Assembly (NCBI GenBank): GCA_038136695.1
Contig: JAYQAK010000002.1
Coordinates: 8,561 to 46,838, forward strand
DNA from: Poseidonia sp.
GTDB taxonomy: Archaea > Thermoplasmatota > Poseidoniia > Poseidoniales > Poseidoniaceae
DNA length: 38,278 nt
Direction: 5' to 3'
Positions 7,317-16,729 of this stretch are shown here, one piece after another. Made by a program: the position numbers and the translations under genes. Position 1 is the stretch's first letter. The number at the start of each line of letters is the position of its first letter. The notes beneath the pieces are model-generated. The model worked only from the letters and a program-made list of their open reading frames with translations. It ran no database searches and was not told where the DNA came from.

Positions 7317-10300
7317 ATGCCAACCGAATCGCCCCGCAAAACAACGCCGATTTTTCTGATGCTTTTGATGCTGCTCGCACCCTTTGCGTCTGCCAACGTG
7401 ACCACGTTTTCGAACGGAGATGCGTCCGTTGACGTCGAAATTCGCGATGGAAACGATCTCGCCAATCTCGTTGATGGAAGCATTGACCTCCCGGACGGTG
7501 AAACCGTCACCAGTGCCTCGATGAAGGTCTCAACCACCATGGTGAATCACGGTGCGCATGTTCGCATTGATACGGACACCATGCCTCGTGTGTGGAACCC
7601 GGACTACAACAACCAACTTACGGAGTTCTCCGATGAGGCGTTGTTCACCTTCGAGGACGGCAGCGATGCCACGCCGGTTTCGCTGGCCGCCGAAGGGTTC
7701 CTGACCGATTTCGAAGGTACAGATGGCGGTTTTGCGGACGCCACCGACCCCAACACCATGCCCTCAAGCGGTGTTGCTTGGCAACACGGTGCGCTGACCA
7801 GCGCCGACACCCCTTCCAGTTGCGCCTCGGGTGCAGATTGCTGGGGGACGAACCTCGCTGACAGCAACTACACCGACGACCACGACACCGACAACAACGG
7901 CATCGGCGAGGCCTTCCAAGTGGCCATGTACAGCGCAGAGTTGTTTGTTGACCCGCTGCTCAAGGACAAAACCGCTTACTTTGATTCGTGGCACAACCTT
8001 GAGACTCGCGCCGGTTCACAAGCCAACTCCAAGCGGTTTTCAGACTGTGCTTACCTTGAAATCCGCGAATCCCCCAACCCCGGCTTCCCGCCCGGTTACA
8101 ACCCAACGGATTTCTCCTACCTCCCCATTGACCAAACCTCCAACGGCTTGACGTTTGGTACGAACTTTGCACAAGGCGGTGGCGGTTTTTCCGGCACCAA
8201 CGGGCGCATCGACTCCGCTTGCAGCGGTTTGCTCAACGGTAGCAATCCACACTATGGCTTGGCGGGCACGTCCACCACCCCACAGAACCCCTCCGGTTGG
8301 ATCACGCTTGAGGTCGACCTCACGGATTTCATTGACAAGTACGTCCAAATTCGCTTCGTGATGCACCACACGGCCCACCCCGGCATGAACCTTGACGACA
8401 ACATGTCCGGCTGGTACGTCGACAACTTCCGCCTGGGTGACCTACTCCCTCAGAGTGCCAGCATGACCGTTCGGGGCATGACGCCATCGGTGTTGGGAGG
8501 CGATAATCATCCAAACGGCTACGGCATCCTCACGCTCGAAGCCGAAACCACGACCTCCGCAACCCTCTCGGTGGACGTTCTTGACACCAACGGGAACCTC
8601 ATCTACGGGAAAGACGGAAGTGCCATGGCAGGTCTTCGCGGCGATATCATCGAATTGTGGAACATCGACACGCGCCAATACCGAGCGGTCAATCTGAAAT
8701 TCAACTTTGATTCTGGACCGGACCGTCTCTCGACGCCGGTTCTTCACGGATTCAGCATCGGTTCCCGGGTCGGGACCGGATTCAATTACTCCTCCTTTGG
8801 GCCTTCCTCCGTCGATAACGGCGTTTGGTCGACCATGGGCGGTGGGTTCCCGATGATCTACACGCCCGACCTCCGGCTAACCTCCTTCTCGCCACCGGTT
8901 GAACGGAGCAAGTTCAGTTACCCCATCACCTCGATCACACCCTACATTCAGGACGATTGTTCCGAGTCGCCAAGCATCGAGATCACACCGGTCGGCTCCA
9001 CCACGCCCGTGAACGTTACCGATGGGGCCAAGAGCGTCTTTGATGCGCCCATGTTCGGATTTACTTCGGTCACGGCCTACCAGGGCCCTTGTGACGTTGG
9101 TGGCATTTGGTTTGACCTTGAGTTTGGTCATCACGCAGAACACATGCGCATCGACGTCGCTGACGACGGAGATGTCGACTACGGCTACCTTGAGCCGGCC
9201 TTTGACATGTTTGGGCGCCAAACCACCTTCGTCTCCAGCACCGTCAATCAGGTGAACTACGCTGCCGATTCCGCCACGCTCACCCTTGATTTGAACGGTG
9301 AGGCCAGCGGCGGGGTGTTCATGCTTCCCGAAGGCGCCGAAGTGTCTGCTGCCGACATTTCCTTTGACCAAGTGAGCATTCGTTCAAACTCCGACCCGCA
9401 AGAGGGCTTCAAGCTCTCCTTGATGGCCGGTTCGCAATCCGTTGAGTTGGGCGACATGCCCAACGCCAGCGTGTTGTTCCCCGAATCCCTGACGCCTCCA
9501 ATGGACTTCAAAGGCGCCTTGAATTCCTTGCTGAGCAACCCCTCCGTGGCTGGAACGCACGAGGATGCCTTCGGTCGATACTGGGTGAAGTTCAGGTTCA
9601 TGGTGGACTCTCCCAACGCTTCTTCGGGTACGACGGCCAAGTTGGTCAACTTGGACGTGGTCTACAACTACTCGACCACGTTGGGCTCCAGCGATGGCTT
9701 GGACATTGAATTGAACCAAGGTGTTGCCCTGTGGACCGGTGGCGCCACCGCCACCGTCCCCGTAGCCGTCTACACCGACACCGGTGGAGGCGTGCTGCTC
9801 AGTGACCTGAGCGTGTCGTCTTCAACAGGATACGCCAACACCATTTCGTTCACTGACAACCCGGTGGGTCTGTATCCAAACGGTGAGATTTACGAAGTCG
9901 TGACCACGCACACGGTCGACCCGCTGACCGGAACCTCGCTCTCCGAAGCGTGGTTGACGTTCGAGTCGCCTGGCGGCTTCATCAAGTTCTCATGGAGCGA
10001 TTTCATGTCGTTTGCCGAAGCGAGCGATGAGCACAACCACGTCACGCTGGAGTCCACATCCTCGGCCACGTCGATCACCAACGGATACGAAATCACCTGG
10101 CACTTCCGCGTGAATCCCACCTGGGACGACACCGAAGCCGTCCGCGTCTATGCGGGCCTCACGACCGCCAACAACATCAACGGACTGCCCGACGCCGTGC
10201 TGCTTGACCCTGCGGTTGGCAACGCCGTCGAAAACGACGCAGGCATCACGATGTTCCAGTTGCAGAACAGCATCGGTGTCGAACAAGCGTTGACCGGTGC

Positions 10301-13202
10301 AGAGTCCGGTCAAGACATCAACCTCATCGGACAAGTGCGCCTTCAGGACTTGAACGAAGCACCCGACCCCAGTTCGTACTACCTCGTTCTCGAACTGAAG
10401 CACGTGAACACGACCGATGGCAACCTGACCATTGAATGGGAAGAGGTGGCGAACCGCTCCGGTGTCATTGGAGGCGACTTCAACTGGAACATCGACCTTG
10501 GCAACGCTGCAGGAAGCGAGACCTACCGGTTCGCTGTCCGAGGCTATGAGGGCGGTGACCTGTTGTGTCCACCGTCGGAATACAACCCTGACGAGACCTG
10601 TGCGATTCCGTTCGACATCACCATCGATACCTACGAGCCCAACCTCCTCGAAATCCAAGTCTTGAGTCCGGGCACCGATGCGAGCGTCGATTCCAACTGG
10701 CGAACACTGCTCGACGACACGTGGGTTGTTCCACAGCAAGCCCAGAAGATTCGTATGTCAAGCCAAGACTTGCCCAACCCACCTGCAACGCTCGACCTTC
10801 ACCTCTGGGTGGAGCACGACCACGACGCCAACAACGACGGCGCACCCGATGCAGACGAATACATCACCGTGACCATGACCGGTGACGGTGAAGCACCCAC
10901 CGCCAACTACACTGGCGAATACAACGACTACGCCAACCAAGGGCTGGAAGGCAAGGTGTCGCTCTGGATTGAAGGCTACGATTTGGCCGGCAACCCCATC
11001 GACGGTGGTGCACCAGGATTTGACAACGACCGTGTTACCTACGTATCGATGACCTCCAAGTCTCCGGTGATTCGCAACTTCTTCATCGAGGATTCCAAGG
11101 GCAACGGCTTCCTCAACTCCAACGAGTTGCAGTGGGACGGCACGTGGAACCAAACCATGTACGCTGGAAACACCTACCACCTCATCCTCGAGGCAAGCGA
11201 CGACAATGGATGGCGTGACGTTGACTTCTTCAAGATCAACCTCGACCGAACCACGGACGCTGAAGGCAAGGTGCAAGACCTGAACGTGTGGTACTTCCCG
11301 CGCAACGAAACTGCTTGGTCCGACAGCCCTCACATCGATATCGTCGACGACGGCAACGTGGCGCCCACCATGCTCACGATGGACAACACCGCCCTCATCG
11401 ACCCGTTCGAAGCCGATTTCATCTTGAACATCCCCATTCGTATCGACTGGGGGGTCGTTGGCCTTGACGGTAAGGACATCGAGCCAAAGTTGCAGATGCA
11501 AGACCTCGACAATCCACTGTACACCATGCTCTCAGGTGTCCCCGGCCGCTACATCCAGATTTGGCGATACAGCGACGGCATGCAGTTGGATTTCCGCACC
11601 GATGAAGCGAACAACCTCATGATAACGCCGTACTTTGAAGACCTCAGCGAACCCTACACCAGCGACGTCCGTGCTGGCTTTGTCTACGCAGGGGACACCG
11701 TCCGCTTTGCCGGCCAGTTCGCTTTCCGTGAGGGTATCTACGACAGCGTCTACATCAACCCTGAAGTTGAATTGACCATGGAAATTGTGCGCCAGAGCGC
11801 CGCAGAAGATTTCGGTAAGGGTTACATCGCCACCCCCGGCGAAACCGTGTTGCACAATTTCACGGGCGGTGTCTTCGACATCAACATCACCGCACCCGTG
11901 TTTACCAACGAGTACACCTACACCTTCCGATTGATCAACCTGCCAACCGGCGCTGAAGACTTCACTTCGGCGTTGTGTGCCACGTCCACTTCCTATGGTT
12001 GTGGCACCTTCGAACTCAAGGTAGACCGTACACCTCCAGAAGTGGTGGCGAACACGTGGCTCGCCGAGCGCGGTGCGCTTCCGGCCACGGACGAGAACCG
12101 CCCCATCGCCAACGTCTTGTCGACGGCTACCTACCACTGCGTGGACATTCAGGTCCAAATCAAGGAACAAGAAGCCATGTTCCCCGGTGACTTGCAGGTC
12201 AATTGGATGTTCTACAGCAACGACATCAACTACTTCCCCTGGCCCGAATTCAACCAGATTTCGGACGGCGTACCGATGACGGAAACGCTCAGCCTCACCA
12301 CCATCGCAGGTGGCTACTTGGCAACGGCGACATGCGTTGATTTGTGGCCTGTGGGCGAGGGGGTGTTCGATGCCAATCCCACCACCACCAAGGAACAAGA
12401 ACCGCTGTTGGTGTTCTGGGTTTCCGGTGTTGACTCCGCAGGTTCCACCGTTCGGTTGGGCGGCGGGCCACAAGAAGACGGCACTGTTCTGCCCATCTTC
12501 TCCAGCGAAGCGAAGTACAAGTCGCAATACACCTTCATCCACGAAGAAGCCACGTTCGAAGTTCGAGACGTGCTCCTCGACGATGACCCACGGGTTGGCG
12601 ATTCAATGAAGTTGCAAATCAAGATCAAGAACACGGGTACCATGGCCGGCGTGGCTGAATTGGTCATCAAGTCGGTGACCGACAGCGGTACGCCAGTGGT
12701 TGAGAAGATCGTCACCAGTGAAGAACTCGGCATCGCTGAGGAGAGCGATTGGATCATTGTTCAGCTTGAACCCTTTGCCGAGCAAACCACGGGCATGTAC
12801 TACACCATCAGCCTCAATGGCTCGAGCGACACCATCTACGACGGTTCAACCAGAGCCGATGTGTTCAACGTGAAGGTGGCCGAGGAAGAGGATTCCTCCT
12901 CCTTGTTGCTCATCGTGGTGCTTCTGGTCGTGGTGATTGGCGTGCTTGGCACGCTGGTCTTCGTGATGGCTCGACGAGGCGGTGGCGGCGGCTCCATGCT
13001 CGATGACGAGTACGAAGACGAAGACGATGAAGAGGCCTACAGCGAGAGCGGTAAGGTGTTGGCTGAAATTCCAGCCGATGTCGACCCGGAAATGGCTCGT
13101 GCTATGCAGACCTTCCCGCAGTGGACACAGGCCGAAATCCAAGGCTACTTCGACCAAGGATGGACCGTGGAGTCGCTTCAAGACTGGGTCAACAACCAGT
13201 GA
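7317..13202 (+). CDS. Giant (1,961 aa) secreted surface protein with a C-terminal membrane anchor; adhesin or S-layer-like
   Basis: N-terminal signal peptide (PIFLMLLMLLAPFASANV). C-terminal TM (LLLIVVLLVVVIGVLGTLVFVMA) followed by RRGGGGG and an acidic tail (DDEYEDEDDEE). Many N-x-S/T sequons. An N-terminal jelly-roll-like module ends GWITLEVDLTDF..YVQIRFVMHH...GWYVDNFRLGD. A CARDB-like module (VGDSMKLQIKIKNTGTMAG) sits just before the TM. No enzymatic motif recognised. Confidence 0.75.
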   Translation: MPTESPRKTTPIFLMLLMLLAPFASANVTTFSNGDASVDVEIRDGNDLANLVDGSIDLPDGETVTSASMKVSTTMVNHGAHVRIDTDTMPRVWNPDYNNQLTEFSDEALFTFEDGSDATPVSLAAEGFLTDFEGTDGGFADATDPNTMPSSGVAWQHGALTSADTPSSCASGADCWGTNLADSNYTDDHDTDNNGIGEAFQVAMYSAELFVDPLLKDKTAYFDSWHNLETRAGSQANSKRFSDCAYLEIRESPNPGFPPGYNPTDFSYLPIDQTSNGLTFGTNFAQGGGGFSGTNGRIDSACSGLLNGSNPHYGLAGTSTTPQNPSGWITLEVDLTDFIDKYVQIRFVMHHTAHPGMNLDDNMSGWYVDNFRLGDLLPQSASMTVRGMTPSVLGGDNHPNGYGILTLEAETTTSATLSVDVLDTNGNLIYGKDGSAMAGLRGDIIELWNIDTRQYRAVNLKFNFDSGPDRLSTPVLHGFSIGSRVGTGFNYSSFGPSSVDNGVWSTMGGGFPMIYTPDLRLTSFSPPVERSKFSYPITSITPYIQDDCSESPSIEITPVGSTTPVNVTDGAKSVFDAPMFGFTSVTAYQGPCDVGGIWFDLEFGHHAEHMRIDVADDGDVDYGYLEPAFDMFGRQTTFVSSTVNQVNYAADSATLTLDLNGEASGGVFMLPEGAEVSAADISFDQVSIRSNSDPQEGFKLSLMAGSQSVELGDMPNASVLFPESLTPPMDFKGALNSLLSNPSVAGTHEDAFGRYWVKFRFMVDSPNASSGTTAKLVNLDVVYNYSTTLGSSDGLDIELNQGVALWTGGATATVPVAVYTDTGGGVLLSDLSVSSSTGYANTISFTDNPVGLYPNGEIYEVVTTHTVDPLTGTSLSEAWLTFESPGGFIKFSWSDFMSFAEASDEHNHVTLESTSSATSITNGYEITWHFRVNPTWDDTEAVRVYAGLTTANNINGLPDAVLLDPAVGNAVENDAGITMFQLQNSIGVEQALTGAESGQDINLIGQVRLQDLNEAPDPSSYYLVLELKHVNTTDGNLTIEWEEVANRSGVIGGDFNWNIDLGNAAGSETYRFAVRGYEGGDLLCPPSEYNPDETCAIPFDITIDTYEPNLLEIQVLSPGTDASVDSNWRTLLDDTWVVPQQAQKIRMSSQDLPNPPATLDLHLWVEHDHDANNDGAPDADEYITVTMTGDGEAPTANYTGEYNDYANQGLEGKVSLWIEGYDLAGNPIDGGAPGFDNDRVTYVSMTSKSPVIRNFFIEDSKGNGFLNSNELQWDGTWNQTMYAGNTYHLILEASDDNGWRDVDFFKINLDRTTDAEGKVQDLNVWYFPRNETAWSDSPHIDIVDDGNVAPTMLTMDNTALIDPFEADFILNIPIRIDWGVVGLDGKDIEPKLQMQDLDNPLYTMLSGVPGRYIQIWRYSDGMQLDFRTDEANNLMITPYFEDLSEPYTSDVRAGFVYAGDTVRFAGQFAFREGIYDSVYINPEVELTMEIVRQSAAEDFGKGYIATPGETVLHNFTGGVFDINITAPVFTNEYTYTFRLINLPTGAEDFTSALCATSTSYGCGTFELKVDRTPPEVVANTWLAERGALPATDENRPIANVLSTATYHCVDIQVQIKEQEAMFPGDLQVNWMFYSNDINYFPWPEFNQISDGVPMTETLSLTTIAGGYLATATCVDLWPVGEGVFDANPTTTKEQEPLLVFWVSGVDSAGSTVRLGGGPQEDGTVLPIFSSEAKYKSQYTFIHEEATFEVRDVLLDDDPRVGDSMKLQIKIKNTGTMAGVAELVIKSVTDSGTPVVEKIVTSEELGIAEESDWIIVQLEPFAEQTTGMYYTISLNGSSDTIYDGSTRADVFNVKVAEEEDSSSLLLIVVLLVVVIGVLGTLVFVMARRGGGGGSMLDDEYEDEDDEEAYSESGKVLAEIPADVDPEMARAMQTFPQWTQAEIQGYFDQGWTVESLQDWVNNQ

Positions 13203-13211
13203 GGCACCCCG

Positions 13212-14018
13212 ATGACCTCTTCGCAGGACTGGGCCGATGTGGCCTGGACCGACCCGGACGGTGGAACCGTGATTCTCCACGGGACCTTGCCCACGGTGGT
13301 CTATCCCAACGTCATGCGGCCTCGTCAACCATGGCACGGCCTTGCGTTGCTCGAATCACCCGATGTCGTCGATTTGTGGGTCCAAGAGGAACTTGATGAG
13401 GCGGAATCGCCCGGCGTCAATCTGACCCACTCGATGCTTTCGGGTGGCGCCTTTGGAAAATACGCCGAGGGGATTTCGGTGCTCGACGAACTCCAGGGCG
13501 GGCGCTTTCCCGACCCTGAACCTCGACGACTTCAAAGAAACGCCATGCGACACGGTCGCCCCGTGTTCTTCATTCAACCGACCGCAGATGATTCGGATTG
13601 GGAAGACTACATGACACTGGAGGCAAAAGCCGTTTCGCACTGGCGGTCGTTGCTCAGCATGGTTTGGGTCGGCAAGCGGTGGAAAAAAAGCGTCAAACGT
13701 CACCTGTTCGAAGCCCGACCTCCACCCAAGGGCCAATCGGTTGACTTCGCTTCGGCCAGTGTGATGGCAGCGGTGTGGTGGGAGTTGACAGAGAGCCTGA
13801 GCACACCTGCTCTCATCAAACGCCGAGACACCCGATTTGCTGCTCGTATCCGTGGTGCACTGGCCACCTTGCGTGGCGAACACGGCGACGACGCAACGCT
13901 GTTGGTTGCCTTGCACCAACCGCACCGTTCATCGATGCTCAAGGCGCTGCAGCTAGGGCCGTCTCCTGAGGAGATTTCATCAACAGCGACCGACAGCGCC
14001 ATCACGGAGGAGGAGTGA
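13212..14018 (+). CDS. Hypothetical protein with a weak TraB/PrgY (COG1916)-like resemblance
   Basis: The ATG at 13212 lies 9 nt after the giant gene's stop. VILHGTLPT sits where TraB proteins have GTxH, and the His is absent. C-terminal RRDTRFAARIRGAL...LLVALHQPHRSSMLKAL resembles the ERD..M...vGagH..g tail of the TraB family. The family call is low confidence; that it is coding is more certain. Confidence 0.4.
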   Translation: MTSSQDWADVAWTDPDGGTVILHGTLPTVVYPNVMRPRQPWHGLALLESPDVVDLWVQEELDEAESPGVNLTHSMLSGGAFGKYAEGISVLDELQGGRFPDPEPRRLQRNAMRHGRPVFFIQPTADDSDWEDYMTLEAKAVSHWRSLLSMVWVGKRWKKSVKRHLFEARPPPKGQSVDFASASVMAAVWWELTESLSTPALIKRRDTRFAARIRGALATLRGEHGDDATLLVALHQPHRSSMLKALQLGPSPEEISSTATDSAITEEE

Positions 14019-14019
14019 A

Positions 14020-14562
14020 ATGGCAGGCGGTTCCATCGACGTTCGTGTTGAGAATCAACTCGTGCGGTTCGTCTGTCCAACCCCCGTCAACCACGATGCG
14101 GTGGTCAATGAAGTGGGCGGACAGCGCAACAGCGGCGTGGTCATCAAAGCCTTGGATCGTCCTCGAGCAACCTTGGTCATCGACGAGCAAGGGCGCATCG
14201 TCGTCCACGGTACGCATCGGGTCGAAGCCGCTCGAGCAGCGGCCAAGGAATTGTTGCTCCGTCTAGGCATGGACGACAGCGGTCTGGTCGCCGAAATGGG
14301 GCCGGTGGTCGCTTCCTTCCAATTTGAACAGGCCATCAACCTGCAAGCCATTCCTGCGTCGCTGCCATCCGGCACGGCCGAATTCGACGAGCGTCTTGGA
14401 TGCACCACGCTCTCGGATCAGCGACACAACCTCACGGTTCAAATTTGGCCCAACGGGAAATGCGTTGTGGCCGACGCTCGGCACGCCAACATGGTGGCAA
14501 TGGCTGCCGTGTATTGGAGCACCGTGTTCACCGAGCGTGGCTTTTTCGTTGAGCGCATTTGA
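14020..14562 (+). CDS. Divergent TATA-box-binding-protein (TBP)-fold protein with two internal repeats
   Basis: 180 aa, the length of a TBP. Two roughly 85-aa halves each read like a TBP repeat: VRVENQLVRF...ATLVIDEQGRIVVHGTHRVEAARAAAKELLLRL and PVVASFQFEQAINLQAI...LTVQIWPNGKCVVADARHANMVAMAAVYW. Compare canonical IENIVAS...LLIFSSGKIVxTGAKS...A. The ATG at 14020 lies 1 nt after the previous stop and is preceded by GGAGGAGG. Confidence 0.45.
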   Translation: MAGGSIDVRVENQLVRFVCPTPVNHDAVVNEVGGQRNSGVVIKALDRPRATLVIDEQGRIVVHGTHRVEAARAAAKELLLRLGMDDSGLVAEMGPVVASFQFEQAINLQAIPASLPSGTAEFDERLGCTTLSDQRHNLTVQIWPNGKCVVADARHANMVAMAAVYWSTVFTERGFFVERI

Positions 14563-14571
14563 GGGCTGTTC

Positions 14572-15447
14572 ATGGTCTACGATGGCCCCATCCTCGACAA
14601 CCACTTCCACCTCAATCGTCGTGGACTGTTCCTCGACGCCGCTCGGGATTTTCAGCGAGCCGGTGGAACGGATCTTGTGTTGGTCCATTGCCCCGATTTC
14701 GCTGCACCTCCCGAAACCTTGGAGGGTCACAAAACCACCTATGCTGACACCCTCAAGATGGCGGAAGAGGTACGCGAGGAGGTTGGTTTGGGCGTGCGAG
14801 TGGTGCTGGGTCCACATCCTGCTGCTTTTGCTCACCAATTCGAGCGATGGGTGGCTGAGGACGGTGAGGTTGGAAAGGAGCGAGCGATTGAAAATTACCG
14901 GCATTCCATCGATGCTGCCCTCCACTTCGTTCACGAAGGTCTCGCCCACGCCATCGGTGAGGTTGGACGGCCTCACTGGGAGGTGTCAAAGGACATTTGG
15001 GACCTTTCCAACATGCTCTTGGAAGAAACCATGCACCTCGCTGCTCAAGAAAACATTCCTTTGCAATTGCACGTTGAGGGGGAGAGCGATGCAACCTACC
15101 CGGATTTGGCACAACGAGCCGTTCGTCAGGGCATGGATTTGAAGAAACTGATTCGTCATTACTCGCCGCCCGATGTTCGCATCGAACACACCCACGGATT
15201 AACACCCAGCGTACTCTGTGGAAAAGGGGCTCTTGAACGGCTGATGGAAACGCATGCTTCGGCAAGCCACGGCTTCTTCATGGAAACGGATTACATGGAC
15301 GATCCTCGACGTCCCGGCGCCGTTTTGGGGCCGAAGACGGTGCCGAAGCGAACCCGTCAACTGCTTGACGCCGGTATGGACGAGGAGGTGATGTGGCACA
15401 CCCACCACACCCTTCCCGCTGAAGTTTACGGTTCAAACGAGGCATGA
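14572..15447 (+). CDS. TatD-family metal-dependent hydrolase (archaeal COG1099-like TIM barrel)
   Basis: Motif order: ILDNHFHL (HxH), AIGEVGRPHW, LQLHVEG, LIRHYSP, FMETDYMDD. These are the metal-ligand positions typical of TatD-related hydrolases. It starts 9 nt after the upstream stop. Confidence 0.65.
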   Translation: MVYDGPILDNHFHLNRRGLFLDAARDFQRAGGTDLVLVHCPDFAAPPETLEGHKTTYADTLKMAEEVREEVGLGVRVVLGPHPAAFAHQFERWVAEDGEVGKERAIENYRHSIDAALHFVHEGLAHAIGEVGRPHWEVSKDIWDLSNMLLEETMHLAAQENIPLQLHVEGESDATYPDLAQRAVRQGMDLKKLIRHYSPPDVRIEHTHGLTPSVLCGKGALERLMETHASASHGFFMETDYMDDPRRPGAVLGPKTVPKRTRQLLDAGMDEEVMWHTHHTLPAEVYGSNEA

Positions 15448-15522
15448 GCAATTCTTGCTTCGTCCGCCTTGGCTGCCCAGCACATTGATGAAAGAGGATG
15501 AACAGGCGAAGGTGGGAGCGCC

Positions 15523-16608
15523 ATGTTGTCATCTCGCCGTTGGTCCGTTTTGGTGCTGATGTTGATGGTTCTCTCCTTCGCTCCGCCGGTCGGCGCTCAA
15601 GTGCCCACGGCACCGGGTGTGGAAATCGATTGCGACAACAAGCAACCTGAACTTGACGTCCACCCTTTGAACTCGCCCGTGGTTGAAATCACCTGCACGG
15701 TCAAGAACCCCTCCTCCTTCCAGGAATCGATCAACGTTGAGAAAGAATGGGATGGCATTGAAGTCGACATGATGCTTGAGGAGGACACCTTTGACCTTGG
15801 GCCTGACGAAGAGGAAGATTTCCTCGTCACCTTTACGGGGCAAACCCGCCTCTCCTCTTCGCTGTCCTACGACTTCACCCTCGTTGCAACCGTGACCAAC
15901 GTCGGCATGCTGGACTGGCCCGAGGGCTTGTCCTCCAACGCAACCGTGAGCGGTGATTTGAACATCGCCACCTTTGGCATGGTGGACCTCGACATCTCCG
16001 ACAAGAGCACACGGACCATGCAGAAGAGCGATGAGGTCAAAATTTCCTTCCAGTTCCAAAACAACGGCAACGACGACGACAACATCAGGGTCTCCATCAC
16101 GAACGCTGGCGTCCTCGAGGAAGCAGGCTTCACCTTCCCTGGCGGCACCTTTGTGTCGGAAAACGTTGCAGAGGATAGCATTTCCACCGTCCGTGAACTG
16201 ACGGTGCGTGCACCTTCCGATGTGGCGCAGGACGAACGTTTCCAACTGATCTTCCAAGCCGAGAGCCAAAACGATGAGGAAGCCCCCGTCAGTGAACTGA
16301 GCATTTCTGTTCAACTCGAGGCCGGCAACACGGCAGGTGGCCTGGGCGGCGGGCTTGAAGAAGTCGACAAAGACACCGTCGTGCTCTACGGCAGCATCGG
16401 TGCAGCCGTCCTGTTCGGCCTGATTTTTGTCCTTGCTTTGGCGAAGGCGCTCCGTCGAAAAGCCAACGCACAGCCGATGTATGTCCCACCCGTTGACGTT
16501 GAGGATGAGCCGGAAGAGGAAGAATTTGATTTCTCGGAACTTGATGATTTGTTCACCGAGGACGAGGGCGGCGAAGATGACTTCGATGCGGTCTTTGCAG
16601 ACCTGTGA
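15523..16608 (+). CDS. Secreted, C-terminally anchored surface protein with CARDB-like beta-sandwich modules
   Basis: Signal peptide WSVLVLMLMVLSFAPPVGAQV. C-terminal TM VVLYGSIGAAVLFGLIFVLALA followed by KALRRK and an acidic tail (EDEPEEEEFDFSELDDLFTEDEGGEDDFD). This is the same topology as the 1,961-aa protein. Confidence 0.7.
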   Translation: MLSSRRWSVLVLMLMVLSFAPPVGAQVPTAPGVEIDCDNKQPELDVHPLNSPVVEITCTVKNPSSFQESINVEKEWDGIEVDMMLEEDTFDLGPDEEEDFLVTFTGQTRLSSSLSYDFTLVATVTNVGMLDWPEGLSSNATVSGDLNIATFGMVDLDISDKSTRTMQKSDEVKISFQFQNNGNDDDNIRVSITNAGVLEEAGFTFPGGTFVSENVAEDSISTVRELTVRAPSDVAQDERFQLIFQAESQNDEEAPVSELSISVQLEAGNTAGGLGGGLEEVDKDTVVLYGSIGAAVLFGLIFVLALAKALRRKANAQPMYVPPVDVEDEPEEEEFDFSELDDLFTEDEGGEDDFDAVFADL

Positions 16609-16689
16609 TGGACGGATTGCTCCGTTGTTGTGATTTGCTTCGTAACTCGGCCGATGTGTCCCGTTTTCATGGGCAACAGTCAAAGGCTT

Positions 16690-16707
16690 GGTGTAGCGCA
16701 CTACACC
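16690..16707 (+). promoter_or_regulatory. 7-bp perfect stem / 4-nt loop hairpin in the gap upstream of the fabI-like gene, followed by a T5 run
   Basis: GGTGTAG-cgca-CTACACC at 16690-16707. TTTTT at 16724-16728 lies directly before the ATG at 16730. It could be a leaky terminator for the upstream surface-protein gene or a 5'-leader structure of the synthase operon. Confidence 0.3.
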
Positions 16708-16729
16708 TGTTCCCCACGGAGTGTTTTTC

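Noticed and set aside
7217-7540. An N-terminal extension of the thioesterase ORF back to 7540 (275 aa).
   Set aside because: The extra 108 aa have no thioesterase homology and would overlap the start of the divergent 7317 gene by 224 nt. The internal ATG at 7216 gives a normal-length hotdog protein.
9990-12542. Three consecutive 247-336-aa minus-strand ORFs inside the 1,961-aa surface-protein gene.
   Set aside because: They are antisense to a continuous 5.9-kb ORF that has a signal peptide and a TM anchor. They contain no motifs and their composition is typical of antisense translation.
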